Source: Callorhinchus milii (lineage: Eukaryota). From it: a stretch of 64,000 nucleotides of DNA. Within the stretch, counting starts at the first letter, position 1, and the number at the start of each line of letters is the position of its first letter. The position numbers were made by a program, and so were the translations under genes. The stretch covers positions 68,574,001 to 68,638,000 of the forward strand of contig NW_024704742.1 in NCBI RefSeq assembly GCF_018977255.1, read 5' to 3'. The notes under the pieces were generated by a model, which saw only the letters and a list, made by a program, of their open reading frames with translations, was not told the DNA's origin and did not search any database. Shown one piece after another: positions 11,821 through 22,480 of the stretch.

Positions 11821-12664
11821 AGCCGATAAGCAGAGCAGCGGAGACAAAACCTGCTCCCGGATCCCCTATATCCTATCCACGAGCTTGAACATCAACAACA
11901 TCACGGCGACGAGACAATCCTATATACACCTCGTTCCGACCAGCTCCAAACGTGTGGGAGCTGCCTCACCTCCAGCCAATCCCAGCCCAGCATTCCCATC
12001 GCAGTCCAGTCCGCAGAAGAAAACAGTGTAAAGCCTGAGAGCTCAAACACCAAGCAGGAAATAGACCACGTGCTGTGGGAGGATACTGCAACAATAGTCA
12101 CTAAATCAAAACTTGGCCCCCTGTCAGACCAACTCGTACAGATTTAGGACAAAGTCGTTTCCCCATCAGACCTGTTCCACGGCTCACACATCTCACCCTC
12201 CCCTAAGCATGCCTTTCACTCCATATACCTTTGTATTCCTACTCCTGGAGTAAATGTGGAGTCCTGTAATGTGGTTAGTGCACTCGCCTTGCGAGAGGAC
12301 CTGGGTTCGATTCCCGGGCAAGTCTGCCCAGTGTTAGTCAACATCAGGCTGCTTAAAATCAGTCATCTCAATTTATTATAAATAAATTAATTGTGGTTTT
12401 CACCCACAAAATATACAGTATATTCTGTGAAGCGCTTTGAGACGTCTCGAAGATGTGATAAGGTGTTACATCAAATATAAAGATTATTATTAGATCTGGT
12501 AAAGAGTCTTTCACATCAGGTGGATGTTTCAAGACTCTTCACAGAATATGCCATAAAGTGTAGTGACTGTGTATTTTGCAGGCAAACGCAGAAGCTGAAT
12601 TTGCACACAGCAATGTCCTGCAAGCAGCAAGGAGTCAGTGACCAATTTTATTTGAAGCAGAAAT

Positions 12665-13859
12665 TCGAATTCAAGATCCTCATCCTTACCTACAAGGCCA
12701 TTCACGGCCTTGCTCCCTCCTACCTCTCTGACCTACTATCCCCCTACCTACCTGCCCATACCCTCCGTTCCTCTGGCTCCAGACTGCTCCACATCCCCCG
12801 CCCCAACCGCCCTACCATCGGTGGCCGGGCCTTCAGCCTCTCAGCCCCGAGGCTCTGGAACTCTATCCCGCAGTGACTTCGCCGCCTCCTCCTTTCCTCC
12901 TTCAAGGCCGGTCTCAAGACCTTGACTGTCGCGTTTCGCCCACAAAATACGCAGTCACTACACTTTACAATATATTCTGTGAAGCGCTTTGAGATGTCTC
13001 AAAGATGTGATAAGGCGCTATATCAAATGCAAGGAATTTTATTGTTATGAGAAACGTGGAGATAAGTGCCTCAGAAAGGCAATAAAGAGAACGGAAGTAA
13101 GACGGGGTGGAGGGGGTGCGGGGAAATGAGGACGGGGATGGGAGGGAATGGGGGTGGCATTTCCAAATTCTCACCAACTAGGATGCGGTCTGGGTGGTTT
13201 ATTGCGAACTGTGTCGTGCCAGTGGTCAAACATCGGTGAACAAAGAGCCTGAACAGAAGTCAAATCACAGTCAGTTAGGGTGACGAGAAACTGAGAGAGA
13301 GCCTGGCAACAGGCCAGCAGTAAAATTCCCGCAAGTCCCACCTTCTCTTCAGCAAGTTCACTGCAATGGCACCTTTGGTTTCAGTGTTACTTATTGTAAT
13401 AATAAGCCTTTAGGTATAAAGCTTTATCACACCATCAAGACTTGGCAAAGAGCTGCACCGCAATTTTTGTAAAGTAATAATCATAATAACAATCCTTGCA
13501 TTTGATAGAGCACCTTATCACATCCTTGAGTGTCTCAAAACTCCTCACAGGATACTAGTGTAAACTGCACTGCCTGTGTTTTGTGAGCAAAATGCGGCAG
13601 CCAGTTGTGCACAGCAGTGTCTCACAAACTGCCATAGAGTGAGTGACCAATTTTATTTGGGGGATTGTTGGCACCCGGAAAGAGAAATTCCCTTCTCTTT
13701 TCAAATAATATTATGGCATCATTAACGTCCACCTAAACAGACAGACGGCACCTTGGTGTAACACCTCCTCCGAAGGATGTCACCTCCGACAATGCAACAC
13801 CATCCTAGCACTCCATTTCTCTTTTGGTTCCCCAGTCAGTATCTTACATTTGTGTCCCC
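12665..13859 (+). repeat. ~1.2-kb local duplication, copy B
   Basis: Colinear with 4344-5545. Confidence 0.95.
13175..13248 (-). CDS. RNF24: Identical duplicate of the candidate ATG exon (ATG at 13233)
   Basis: Exon and acceptor identical to 4855-4928 (offset 8320). Donor is TG|GTGAGA. Confidence 0.45.
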
Positions 13860-14228
13860 CTACCTACCTGCCCGTACCCTCCGTTCCTCTGGCTCCGGAC
13901 TGCTCCACATCCCCCGCCCCAACCGCCCTACCATCGGTGGCCGGGCCTTCAGCCTCTCAGCCCCGAGGCTCTGGAACTCTATCCCCCAGTGCCTTCGCCG
14001 CCTCCTCCCTTTCCTCCTTCAAGGCCGGTCTCAAGACCTTTCTCTTTGACCGTGCCTTCAGCTCCCCTCTCGACTCTCTACCCCTTCCTCGCTCCCTCCC
14101 TCCCTTTCCTCCCCTCACCCTGACCATTTCCCCCTTGCTCGGGTCCTGACCCAACTGTACAGCGCCTTGGGACGTCCTCCCGACGTGAATGGCGCTCAAT
14201 AAATGGAATCTTGTTGTTGTTGTTGTTG
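13855..14228 (+). mobile_element. Young L2 3' end with complete 3'UTR, stem-loop and (TTG)n tail
   Basis: PYLPARTLRSSGSGLLHIPR...FKAGLKTFLF, then AGCGCCTTGGGACGTCCTCCCGACGTGAATGGCGCT and (TTG)n. Confidence 0.93.
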
Positions 14229-14994
14229 AAAGCAATTTTTTTCAAGGAGAGAGAGAGATAGAGAGAGAATGAGAGAGAGCTCATGGCATTAGCTCTTTGT
14301 GTTAGCTGGCGGAACAGCAAGACCTGGGCATGTTGAGAGCACATTGGGAATTGGATTAGGATTAGATACAATGGGGGAGTGGGCACCAATAGCAGAGATT
14401 TTCAGGTGTATGATAGAGGTCCATTGGGAATAAAAGATCCAATAAACTGGCGGAACAGGCTCAATGGGCTGAATGCCCTCTTCTTGTTTCTGTTTTCCTC
14501 TGATTCTCTTGTTCCCAAGGGATATGGTTGAAGGTGAGATTAATTTGCAAATACAGATTGGCATGACAGTGAACTCTCTATGAAATATTTACACTTCTGC
14601 ATGGACTGAAAGTGATGCTGAAATAGGTGGATGAGCTTATAGCTGTGATTGAGTAATGAGGACAGACCTTTGCAATAATATAGGCGAATCCTGTTATAAC
14701 AGGTTTCATTATAACTTGGATTTGCTTTTCATGTGGGGCCAGCCTTCCCGTACTGAGCATATGCAGAAAGTGCATGCACAACCAAACTTAATCAGGCTAC
14801 TAGGTTCAGCTCTATATCGTAATAACACACAACCTAACCTAAATTTTGGCTCCTCTCCCCTCCCCTCCCCTGTGCCAGCCTGCTTTTGAGTTCTGCGCTC
14901 ATATGCTATCAATCAGGCCCTATTACAGCAATGGTTGGATTTCCAACTCCTGCATTATAACAGTGTTGCTCTGTGATCCTTACACGTGGTTCCC

Positions 14995-15310
14995 TTTGAG
15001 CCTGGCTCATTGGCAGGACCTGGAAAGGCAGACCAGTCACTGGGGGCTGGGACTCTTCCCATTCAACTCCTGTTAACTCTGCAAGCCAGAGGTAGGGTGG
15101 TCCTAGTTGGACAAGCAATGGGAAAGCTTGCCAGATAGTGCTTTCAATGGCAAACTATGCGGTTTTAGCTGGTCAGACTCCAGCAGTTCCCCAACACACT
15201 CTGGGGTCCCCAAGCCTTGGCTCTTGCCAGCCCGTGCCTAATACTTTCTAGAATTAGATAAGCAGGATGCATCCCTCCAGGAAGAGAGTGCGCATTCCAT
15301 TCCAACAATA
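14995..15310 (+). repeat. Unclassified dispersed repeat (other copies ~31095-31245, ~32900-34105, ~36905-37090, ~48720-49265, ~54625-55000)
   Basis: Shared blocks GGGAAAGCTTGCCAGA, GTTAGACTCCAGCAGTT and GAGAGTGCGCATTCCATTCC, in both orientations. Confidence 0.85.
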
Positions 15311-15339
15311 CAGCCAATGCCCCACTAACAGCCATGAAG

Positions 15340-15600
15340 TGAATGATCCATTTTATCCGGAGGATTGTTGGCCAGGACATCAGGAGAACTCCCCTTCATT
15401 TTTTGAATAGTGCAAGTGGATCTTTAATGTCCACCTGAACGGAGAGATAGGACCTCAGTTCAACATCTCAGTAGAAGAACGGCACCTCTGACAAGGCAGC
15501 ACTCCCCCAGCACTGCATTGGAGCATCAGCCTCCAGTACGCGAGGTTCCAAGTCCTAACATGGTGCCACTATCTACTGATTCAGAGGTAAAACTGACTCA
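15340..15600 (-). mobile_element. Deu-domain SINE
   Basis: Reverse-complement Deu motifs (TTTAATGTCCACCTGAAC, GGCACCTCTGAC). Confidence 0.75.
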
Positions 15601-16778
15601 CTAACACTATCTCTCTCAGCACAACCTCTTGCCCATGACTGACTCCATCCCTTCATAAACACAACCCAGGTTGCACTTCGTCTGGTTATCCTCTGGGCTC
15701 CGTAAAGTTGCGATGCCTGAAACAATGCAGTCAAGTGTTGCCGAACCTGCCTTCACATAAACACATAGCAACACGCGAAACGAAAACAAGTGGTGCTGGC
15801 ATGGACTCTGCAGCAAACCCGTCACTCTCCGGTGAGAGGCTTTCAAACTGTTGTTTGTGGCTCTTTTGTTTCCCAACATCAATGCAGCCAAACCCAGAGA
15901 GGCATTCATCAATAATACAAACATCACCACCCTTTTGCTCTTTATATGTGTTGTTGCAGGTTACAGGCCAACAGCAAGGTGGGGTTTTAGTTAAACCAAC
16001 TGCCGCCACACACTCACTCAGACACAGACACACACTCAGACCGCTGCCTCACACACACAGACACAGATACACACACACAGACAGATACACACACACACAG
16101 ATCCACACACATAGATAGGACCCTCTCACACACACCCAGACACACACACATATCCTTTGAATGAGATGTTAAACTGAGGTCCTGTCTACCTGTTCAGGTG
16201 GATGTTAAAGACCCCATGGCACTATTCAAAAGAGAAGGGAGTTTCTCTCTTCTGATGCCCTGGCCAATAACCCCCCAAATAATATTGGTCTCTCATTCCA
16301 TGACTGTTTTGTGGGACACTGCTGTACACAACTGGCTGCCACATTTTGCCCAAAGCACACTGTTAATCCGCTTTACAGTATATCCTGTGAAGTACTTTGA
16401 GATATCTCGATAACTTCAAAAGGTGCTGTATCAAATGAAAGGATTATTATTCTTAGTATACACACTCACAACAGTGTTGAGCACCTGTTAAACATTAATA
16501 ACTGTCAATGACTCAAGTACTCAGGACACTGCTGATGAGACATCAACCAACCATGCTCATCATGAGCAAGAGACAAAGATTATTATTATCATAATATTGC
16601 TACATACATCAATATAATAGTATTATTATTATTAATGTAATATTAATATGATTCTTATTATTAAATGACATATACAGCAATGGTAAAGCTGGTCAGTCAT
16701 AATAAACTTTTCGTTTAACATCTAAAAATGCTTTCCAGGATTTTACTGTGAAGTGTAGTGACATAATAATAATCTTTA

Positions 16779-17108
16779 ATCGTGGAGTCCTGTAGCTCAG
16801 TGGTTAGAGCACTCGCTTTGCAAGTGAGAGACCGGAGTTCAATTCCAGGCAGGGCGAAACCTTGGGCAAGTTTCCTTACTCCACACGCCTAATAATAATC
16901 CCTCCAAAAAACCAAAAAACAATAATTAAAATTGGTCATTTTCAATCTACGACTGTTTGTGGGACATTGCTGTGCGCAATTGGCTGCCGCGTTCGCCCAC
17001 AAATATACAGTCAATTCACTTTACAGTGTGTTCTGTGAAGCGCTTTGGGACGTCCTCCTGACGTGAAAAGCGCTATATCAAATGCAAGGATTATTATTAT
17101 TATTATTA
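16779..17108 (+). mobile_element. Young tRNA(Ala)-like SINE (short form) flanked by a 124-bp perfect direct repeat
   Basis: A box TAGCTCAGTGG, B box GTTCAATTCC, anticodon arm CTCGC-TTTGCAA-GTGAG. Flanks 16655-16778 and 17100-17223 are identical. Confidence 0.95.
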
Positions 17109-18149
17109 AATGACATATACAGCAATGGTAAAGCTGGTCAGTCATAATAAACTTTTCGTTTAACATCTAAAAATGCTTTCCAGGATTTTACTGTGAAGTG
17201 TAGTGACATAATAATAATCTTTACATTTGACATAGCGCCTTTCACGTCAGCAGGACATCTCAAAGGGCTTCACAGAATATTCTGTAATATTCCCTCAAGA
17301 CTGTGCGCAATTGGCTGCCACGTTTCACTCACAAAATATACAGTCAATTTACTTTACAGTGTATCCTGTGAAGGGCTTTGAGACATCTCGAAGTCATGAT
17401 AAGACACTATATCAAATTCAAGGATTATTATTATGATTATTATTAGAAAAGGTTTGATTTAGGCACAGGCTGTGAAAGGCCCAACTGATAGCATTACCCT
17501 GTAGGGGGGACGAAGATAGGAAACTCAATGCTGTAGTAGTGACATCTCTCCTATCCCCAATCTAGGAAACCAAAGATACATTTAAACCGATTAATTTAGT
17601 ACTACTGAGGCCTCAAGTGCACAGCCATAGAAGGATTGCAGCATGCAGTGTTACACACTCGAGTTGCCTTCCTCAGATCTGATGTAGAAGCAAATCTATT
17701 CCCTCCCATCAATGTTATTGACCTCAGCCCTTTCCCGTGATGGCTTGGCTTATTTAATACTTACATCACTAAGGATAAGCTTCCCACTAGTGAGAGCGAG
17801 ATAAAGATAATAATCATGAAAATACTTGCATTTGATATCGCGCCTTATCATGTCTCAAAGTGCTTCATAGGATATACTGTAAAGTGAATTGACTGTATCT
17901 TGTGGGAGAAAGCGAGAGACAGATGGAAAGCAAGAGACAGATGGAAAGCAAGATATAAAGATCCAGACAAGAAAGAGACAGAGAAGGGAAAAAAGAGAAA
18001 GAGGAAGAAAAGGGTGAAAGAAATAATAGAAAGAAGGGAAGCATTTTTTCACACTGAGGGATGTGAAGATAAAGAACCAGTAGAGGTGGAATCGTTGGGT
18101 ATGTTTAAAAGAGAAATAAGACAATAATCAAATAATAAACGTCTTTTGA

Positions 18150-18565
18150 TAATCGTAATGCATCTGACACAGTGCCTTTCATATCGGGAGGACGCCTCAA
18201 AGCTCCACAGGATTTTACTGCAAAGTACAGCAATTGTTACTTTGTAGGGGAATGCGGCAGTCAATTTGCACAGCAATGTTTTACAAATAGCCGTAAAGTG
18301 AGTGAACAATTTTATCTGGCAGATTGGTGGCCAGGACACCAGGAGAAACTCCCTTCTCTTCTTTGAATAGTGCCAAGTGTAAATTTAATGCCTGCCTAAA
18401 CAGGCACCTTGTTTCAACATCTAATCCAAAGGACGGCATCTTCAACAATGAAGCAAACAGGAGTGTCAGTATAGACTATATAAGGTTCTAAGTCCCCACG
18501 TGGGTTTGAACCCACAACCCTCTGATTTTGAAGAGAGATGCTACCAACTGAGTCAGGCTGACATG
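18150..18565 (-). mobile_element. Near full-length Deu-domain SINE
   Basis: Head (CCAACTGAGTCAGGCTGAC on +), Deu body and L2-type tail. Confidence 0.8.
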
Positions 18566-19529
18566 AAAGATGCTATATAAATATAAATGCCAATGCCTTG
18601 TTCACTTCCAAACTGCTTAATAATAATACAATACAATACAAAATTATATTTGTACATTTAGTTAACCCTTACATTTGACACAGAGCTTCAACGGTGAAGT
18701 GTAGTGACTGTGTATTTGTGGATGACGGGTGTATTTCATCTACAGTAACATAGCAACCAATGAATTGATTGACCAATTCATCTGCGGAATTGTTCCCAGG
18801 AGACTGGGAGAAACTCCGTTCTCAGAGTCAGTCTTGCTCAATTGTTGTCACTCTTGCTTCGTCCAAGTCAAAAGGTTATGGGTTCACTTTAGGGCTGTGA
18901 GCAATTGGTTCTAGGCTCCAGCCCACAGTCCCTTTGTCTCGCTCCCTCGCTTGCCTAATTCATGGGCTGTCTCAAGACCTCCTCTTCGACCGGCCTTCGG
19001 TCACCCTCCTAACCCTACCCTCCCTGCCCTCCATCCCATCTGATCCCAACCCCCTGCTCAGGTCCAAATTCCTGTCTGTCCTGAACCTTGGAACGCCCTC
19101 CCGATGCGAAATGCGCTATACAAATGTAATTTGTTTTTGTTGTTGTTGATATCCCAGTGGAGTGCTGGGGGAGCGCTTGTGTTGTGAGAGGAATTGTCCT
19201 TTGGATGAGACATAAACACAGATTCCTATTTGCTTGTTCAGGTTAAAAATCCCATAACACTATTCGTAAAGGGAAGGTAGTTTCTCTCTCCTGATGTCCA
19301 AGCCAACAATCCCCCAAATAAACTAATCATTCACTTCATAGCTGTCTGTGGACATTGCAGTGTGCAAATTGACTGTCACATTCACCTAAAAATTCACAGT
19401 AAAATCCTGCGAAGCACTTTGAGATATCCCGACGACATTATGTGGCGCTGTACTAAACACAAGCGTTATTGTTCTCATAAAGTTTGGGTTCGCACCTTTT
19501 TGACAATGTGCTAATTGTCACTGCATTGA

Positions 19530-20020
19530 TCCAAGTGAATAATAAGTGGATCAATTGAAATTTTCAAGACTGAGGTTGATAAGAGTTTTGTTAGGACAGG
19601 GATATGGAGCCAAGGCATTATGGAGTCCTGTAGCTCAGTGGTTAGAGCACTCGCCTTGCAAGCGAGACACCTGGGTTCAATTCCAGACAGGGCGAAACCT
19701 TGGGCAAGTTTCCTTACTCCACACACGTAATAATAATCCCTCCAAAAACAAAACAATAATAAATTGGTCATTTTCAATCCACGATTGTTTGTGGGACACT
19801 GCCACGTTTCGCCCACAAATATCCAGTCAATTCACTTTACAGTATATTTTGTGAAGTGCTTTGAGACGTTGAGAAGACGTGAAAAGCGCTATATCAAATA
19901 CAAGGAATATATTATTTATTAAAGGCAGGTATTTGGACTTGAGGTACAGATCAGCCTTGATCTAATAGAATGGCGGATCAGGCTCGAGGGGTTGAATGGC
20001 CTACTCCTGTTCCTATGTTT
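19530..20020 (+). mobile_element. CR1 3' end interrupted by a short-form SINE (19618-19921) flanked by AAGGCA
   Basis: CR1 3'UTR GAATGGCGGATCAGGCTCGAGGGGTTGAATGGCCTACTCCTGTTCCTATG. The SINE head and tail lie in between. Confidence 0.85.
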
Positions 20021-20024
20021 TTTT

Positions 20025-21695
20025 CATAGAATGTTACGACACAGAAGGCCCATCGAGTCTGTGCCGGCTCTTTGACAGAGCAAGTCACTTTCACTAATCC
20101 CAATCACCAGCTTTCTCCCCATAATCCTGCAAACCCATCTTCCCCAGATACCTATCCAGTTCTCTCTTAAAAGCTGTTATCGAATCGGACTTCACTGCCC
20201 TTTCAGGCAGATCATTCCAAATTCGAACAACTCGCTGAGTGAAAAAATTTCTTCTTACCTCCACTCTGCTTCTTTTGGTAGATATCTTAAGACTGTGACC
20301 ACGGGTCACAGACACACCTACCAGCGGAAGCAGCTTTTCCCTATCTAGCCTGTCGAAACCTTTCATGATCTTGAAGACCTCTATCAGGTCCCCGCGTAAC
20401 CTTCTCTGCTCTAATGGGAAAAGTCCTAACTTCTCCAGCCTGTCCTCATAGCTAAGGTTCCCCATTCCTGGTATCATTCTCGTGAATCTCCTCTGCACCC
20501 TTTCCAGTGCCTTAATGTCCTTCCTGAAGTAAGGTGCCCAGAACTGGACGCAGTACTCCAGCTGAGGCCTAACCAGTGTTTTGTATAGATTAACCATAAC
20601 CTCCCTACTCTTATACTCTATGCCCCTACTAATAAAGCTCAGTACACCAAATGCCTTTTTTACTGCCTTATCTACCTGCCCCGCTACCTTTAATGATTTG
20701 CTTACTTGAACACCCAGATCTCTCTGTACGTTCACCCCCCTTAAGATTGAGCTACCAAGTCTATATTGCCTCCTATCATTTTTCCTACCTAAGTGTATCA
20801 CCTCACACTTATCCACATTGAAATCCATCTGCCACATGTCAGCCCATTCCACCATTCTGTGTATGTCTGCTTGCAGTTGGTTACAGTCCTCCTCACTATT
20901 TACTACCCTACCTAACTTTGTATCATCTGCAAACTTGGAAATAGTGCTCTCTATGCCCAAGTCCAGATCATTAATATATATTAGAAAGAGCAGTGGTCCC
21001 AATACCGATCCCTGGGGGACACCGCTGCACACCTCCTTCCATTTCGAGAAACACCCATTAACCACCACCCTCTGCTTTCTGTCACTCAGCCAGTTCTTAA
21101 TCCAAACTGCCACTGTCCCCTTAATACCGTGGGCCTCTAATTTTTTATTAATCTCTTATGCGGTACTGTGTCAAAAGCCTTTTTGAAATCCATGTAAATA
21201 ACGTCCACCGCATTTCCCTCATCAACCCTCGCAGTCACCTCTTCAAAAAATTCTATTAGATTTGTTAGGCAAGATTTGCCTTTAACAAATCCATGTTGGC
21301 TGTCTCTAATTACCTCATGTTCCTCTAAGTAGAGATTTATTCTGTCCCGGATTATGGTCTCCAGTAGTTTTCCTATTACCGAAGTTAGGCTGACTGGCCT
21401 GTAATTTCCGGGTTTGTCTTTCTGCCCCTTTTTGTAGAGTGGGGTAACATTAGCTACTCTCCAGTCTCTTGGCACCACGCCTGTGTCCAATGAAGATTGA
21501 AATACAATGGCCAAAGCCTCCGCTATTTGAACCCGTATCTCCCACAGCAACCTTGGGTGAAACCCATCTGGTCCTGGTGACAATTTTGAGCCCAGTCAAT
21601 CTTTTCAGAATTTCCTCTCTGTCTATAGCAATCTGATCTATGTCCTCTACCCTCTCATCCAATACTGTGGCATGTGTACCCTTCTCTTCCGAATA
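20025..21695 (-). mobile_element. CR1-clade LINE, 5'-truncated, well-preserved ORF2 RT with two frameshifts
   Basis: ORFs 21137-21583 and 20094-21113 contain SPGPDGFHPR, PGNYRPVSLTS, QHGFVKGKSCLTNL, DFKKAFDTV, GVPQGSVLGPLLF, KFADDTK, LVRPQLEYCVQFW and FFTQRVVRIWN. Confidence 0.97.
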
Positions 21696-21839
21696 CCGTA
21701 CATACCATGCCAACACATCACCCGACGGAAAAGGGACTCTGTTTTAGCAGTGTAGCCTACTTGTATTTTGCACGTTGCTCAGTTACCTGCAATGGGTTTG
21801 CTGTCTATTAACGTGGATAATTGGTTAATGATAATTGAT

Positions 21840-22480
21840 GACAACAACAACAATAAATTACATTTATAGAGCTCCTTTCACGTTGGGAGGATGTCCGTAA
21901 GCGTTGAACCGTCAGGTGTCGGGGCTCGAGCATGGGGGAAGGGTGGTGTAGGGGTGAGGGCAGGCAGAGAGGTGGGAGGGCGACCAAATGCACGGTCGAA
22001 GAGAAGTCTTGAGACCGGCCTTGAAGGAGGCAAGGGAGAAAGCGAGGCAAAGGGACCGTGGGATGGAGTTCCAGAGTGTGGGGGCAGAGAGGCTGAAAGC
22101 CCGGCCACCGATGGTAGGACGGGTCGGGCGGGAGACATGGAGTAGGCCGGAGCCCACTGAACGGAGGGAGTGGGCAGGTTGGTAGGGAGTCAGCAGGTCA
22201 GAGAGGTAGGAGAGGACAAGGCCATGGATGGCCTTAAAGGTGAGGACGAGGATCTTGAACTCGATCCTCTGGGGGATGGGGAGCCAGTGGAGTCGGGCGA
22301 GGGTGGGAGTGATAGGGTCTCGGAGCCTGGTGTGTGAGAGTACACGAGCTGCAGAGTTTTGGATGAACTGCAGCTTGTGAAGGGAAAAGTTGGGAAGGCC
22401 GATAAGGAGGGAGTTTCCGTAATTGAGCCTTGAGGTGATGAATGGATGGATGAGGGTTTCAGCAGCCTGAGGGGCGAGGA
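21840..22480 (-). mobile_element. L2 3' fragment
   Basis: GGRAFSLSAPTLWNSIP motif and (TTG)n tail. Confidence 0.9.

Noticed and set aside
15616..16118. Three overlapping ORFs of 100-136 aa in partly unique DNA
   Set aside because: No recognisable homology or convincing splice signals, and they partly run into a CA repeat.
16784..16856. tRNA-Ala(TGC)-like gene (many copies)
   Set aside because: Each runs directly into a SINE body and tail, and the stems carry mismatches. These are SINE heads, not tRNA genes.
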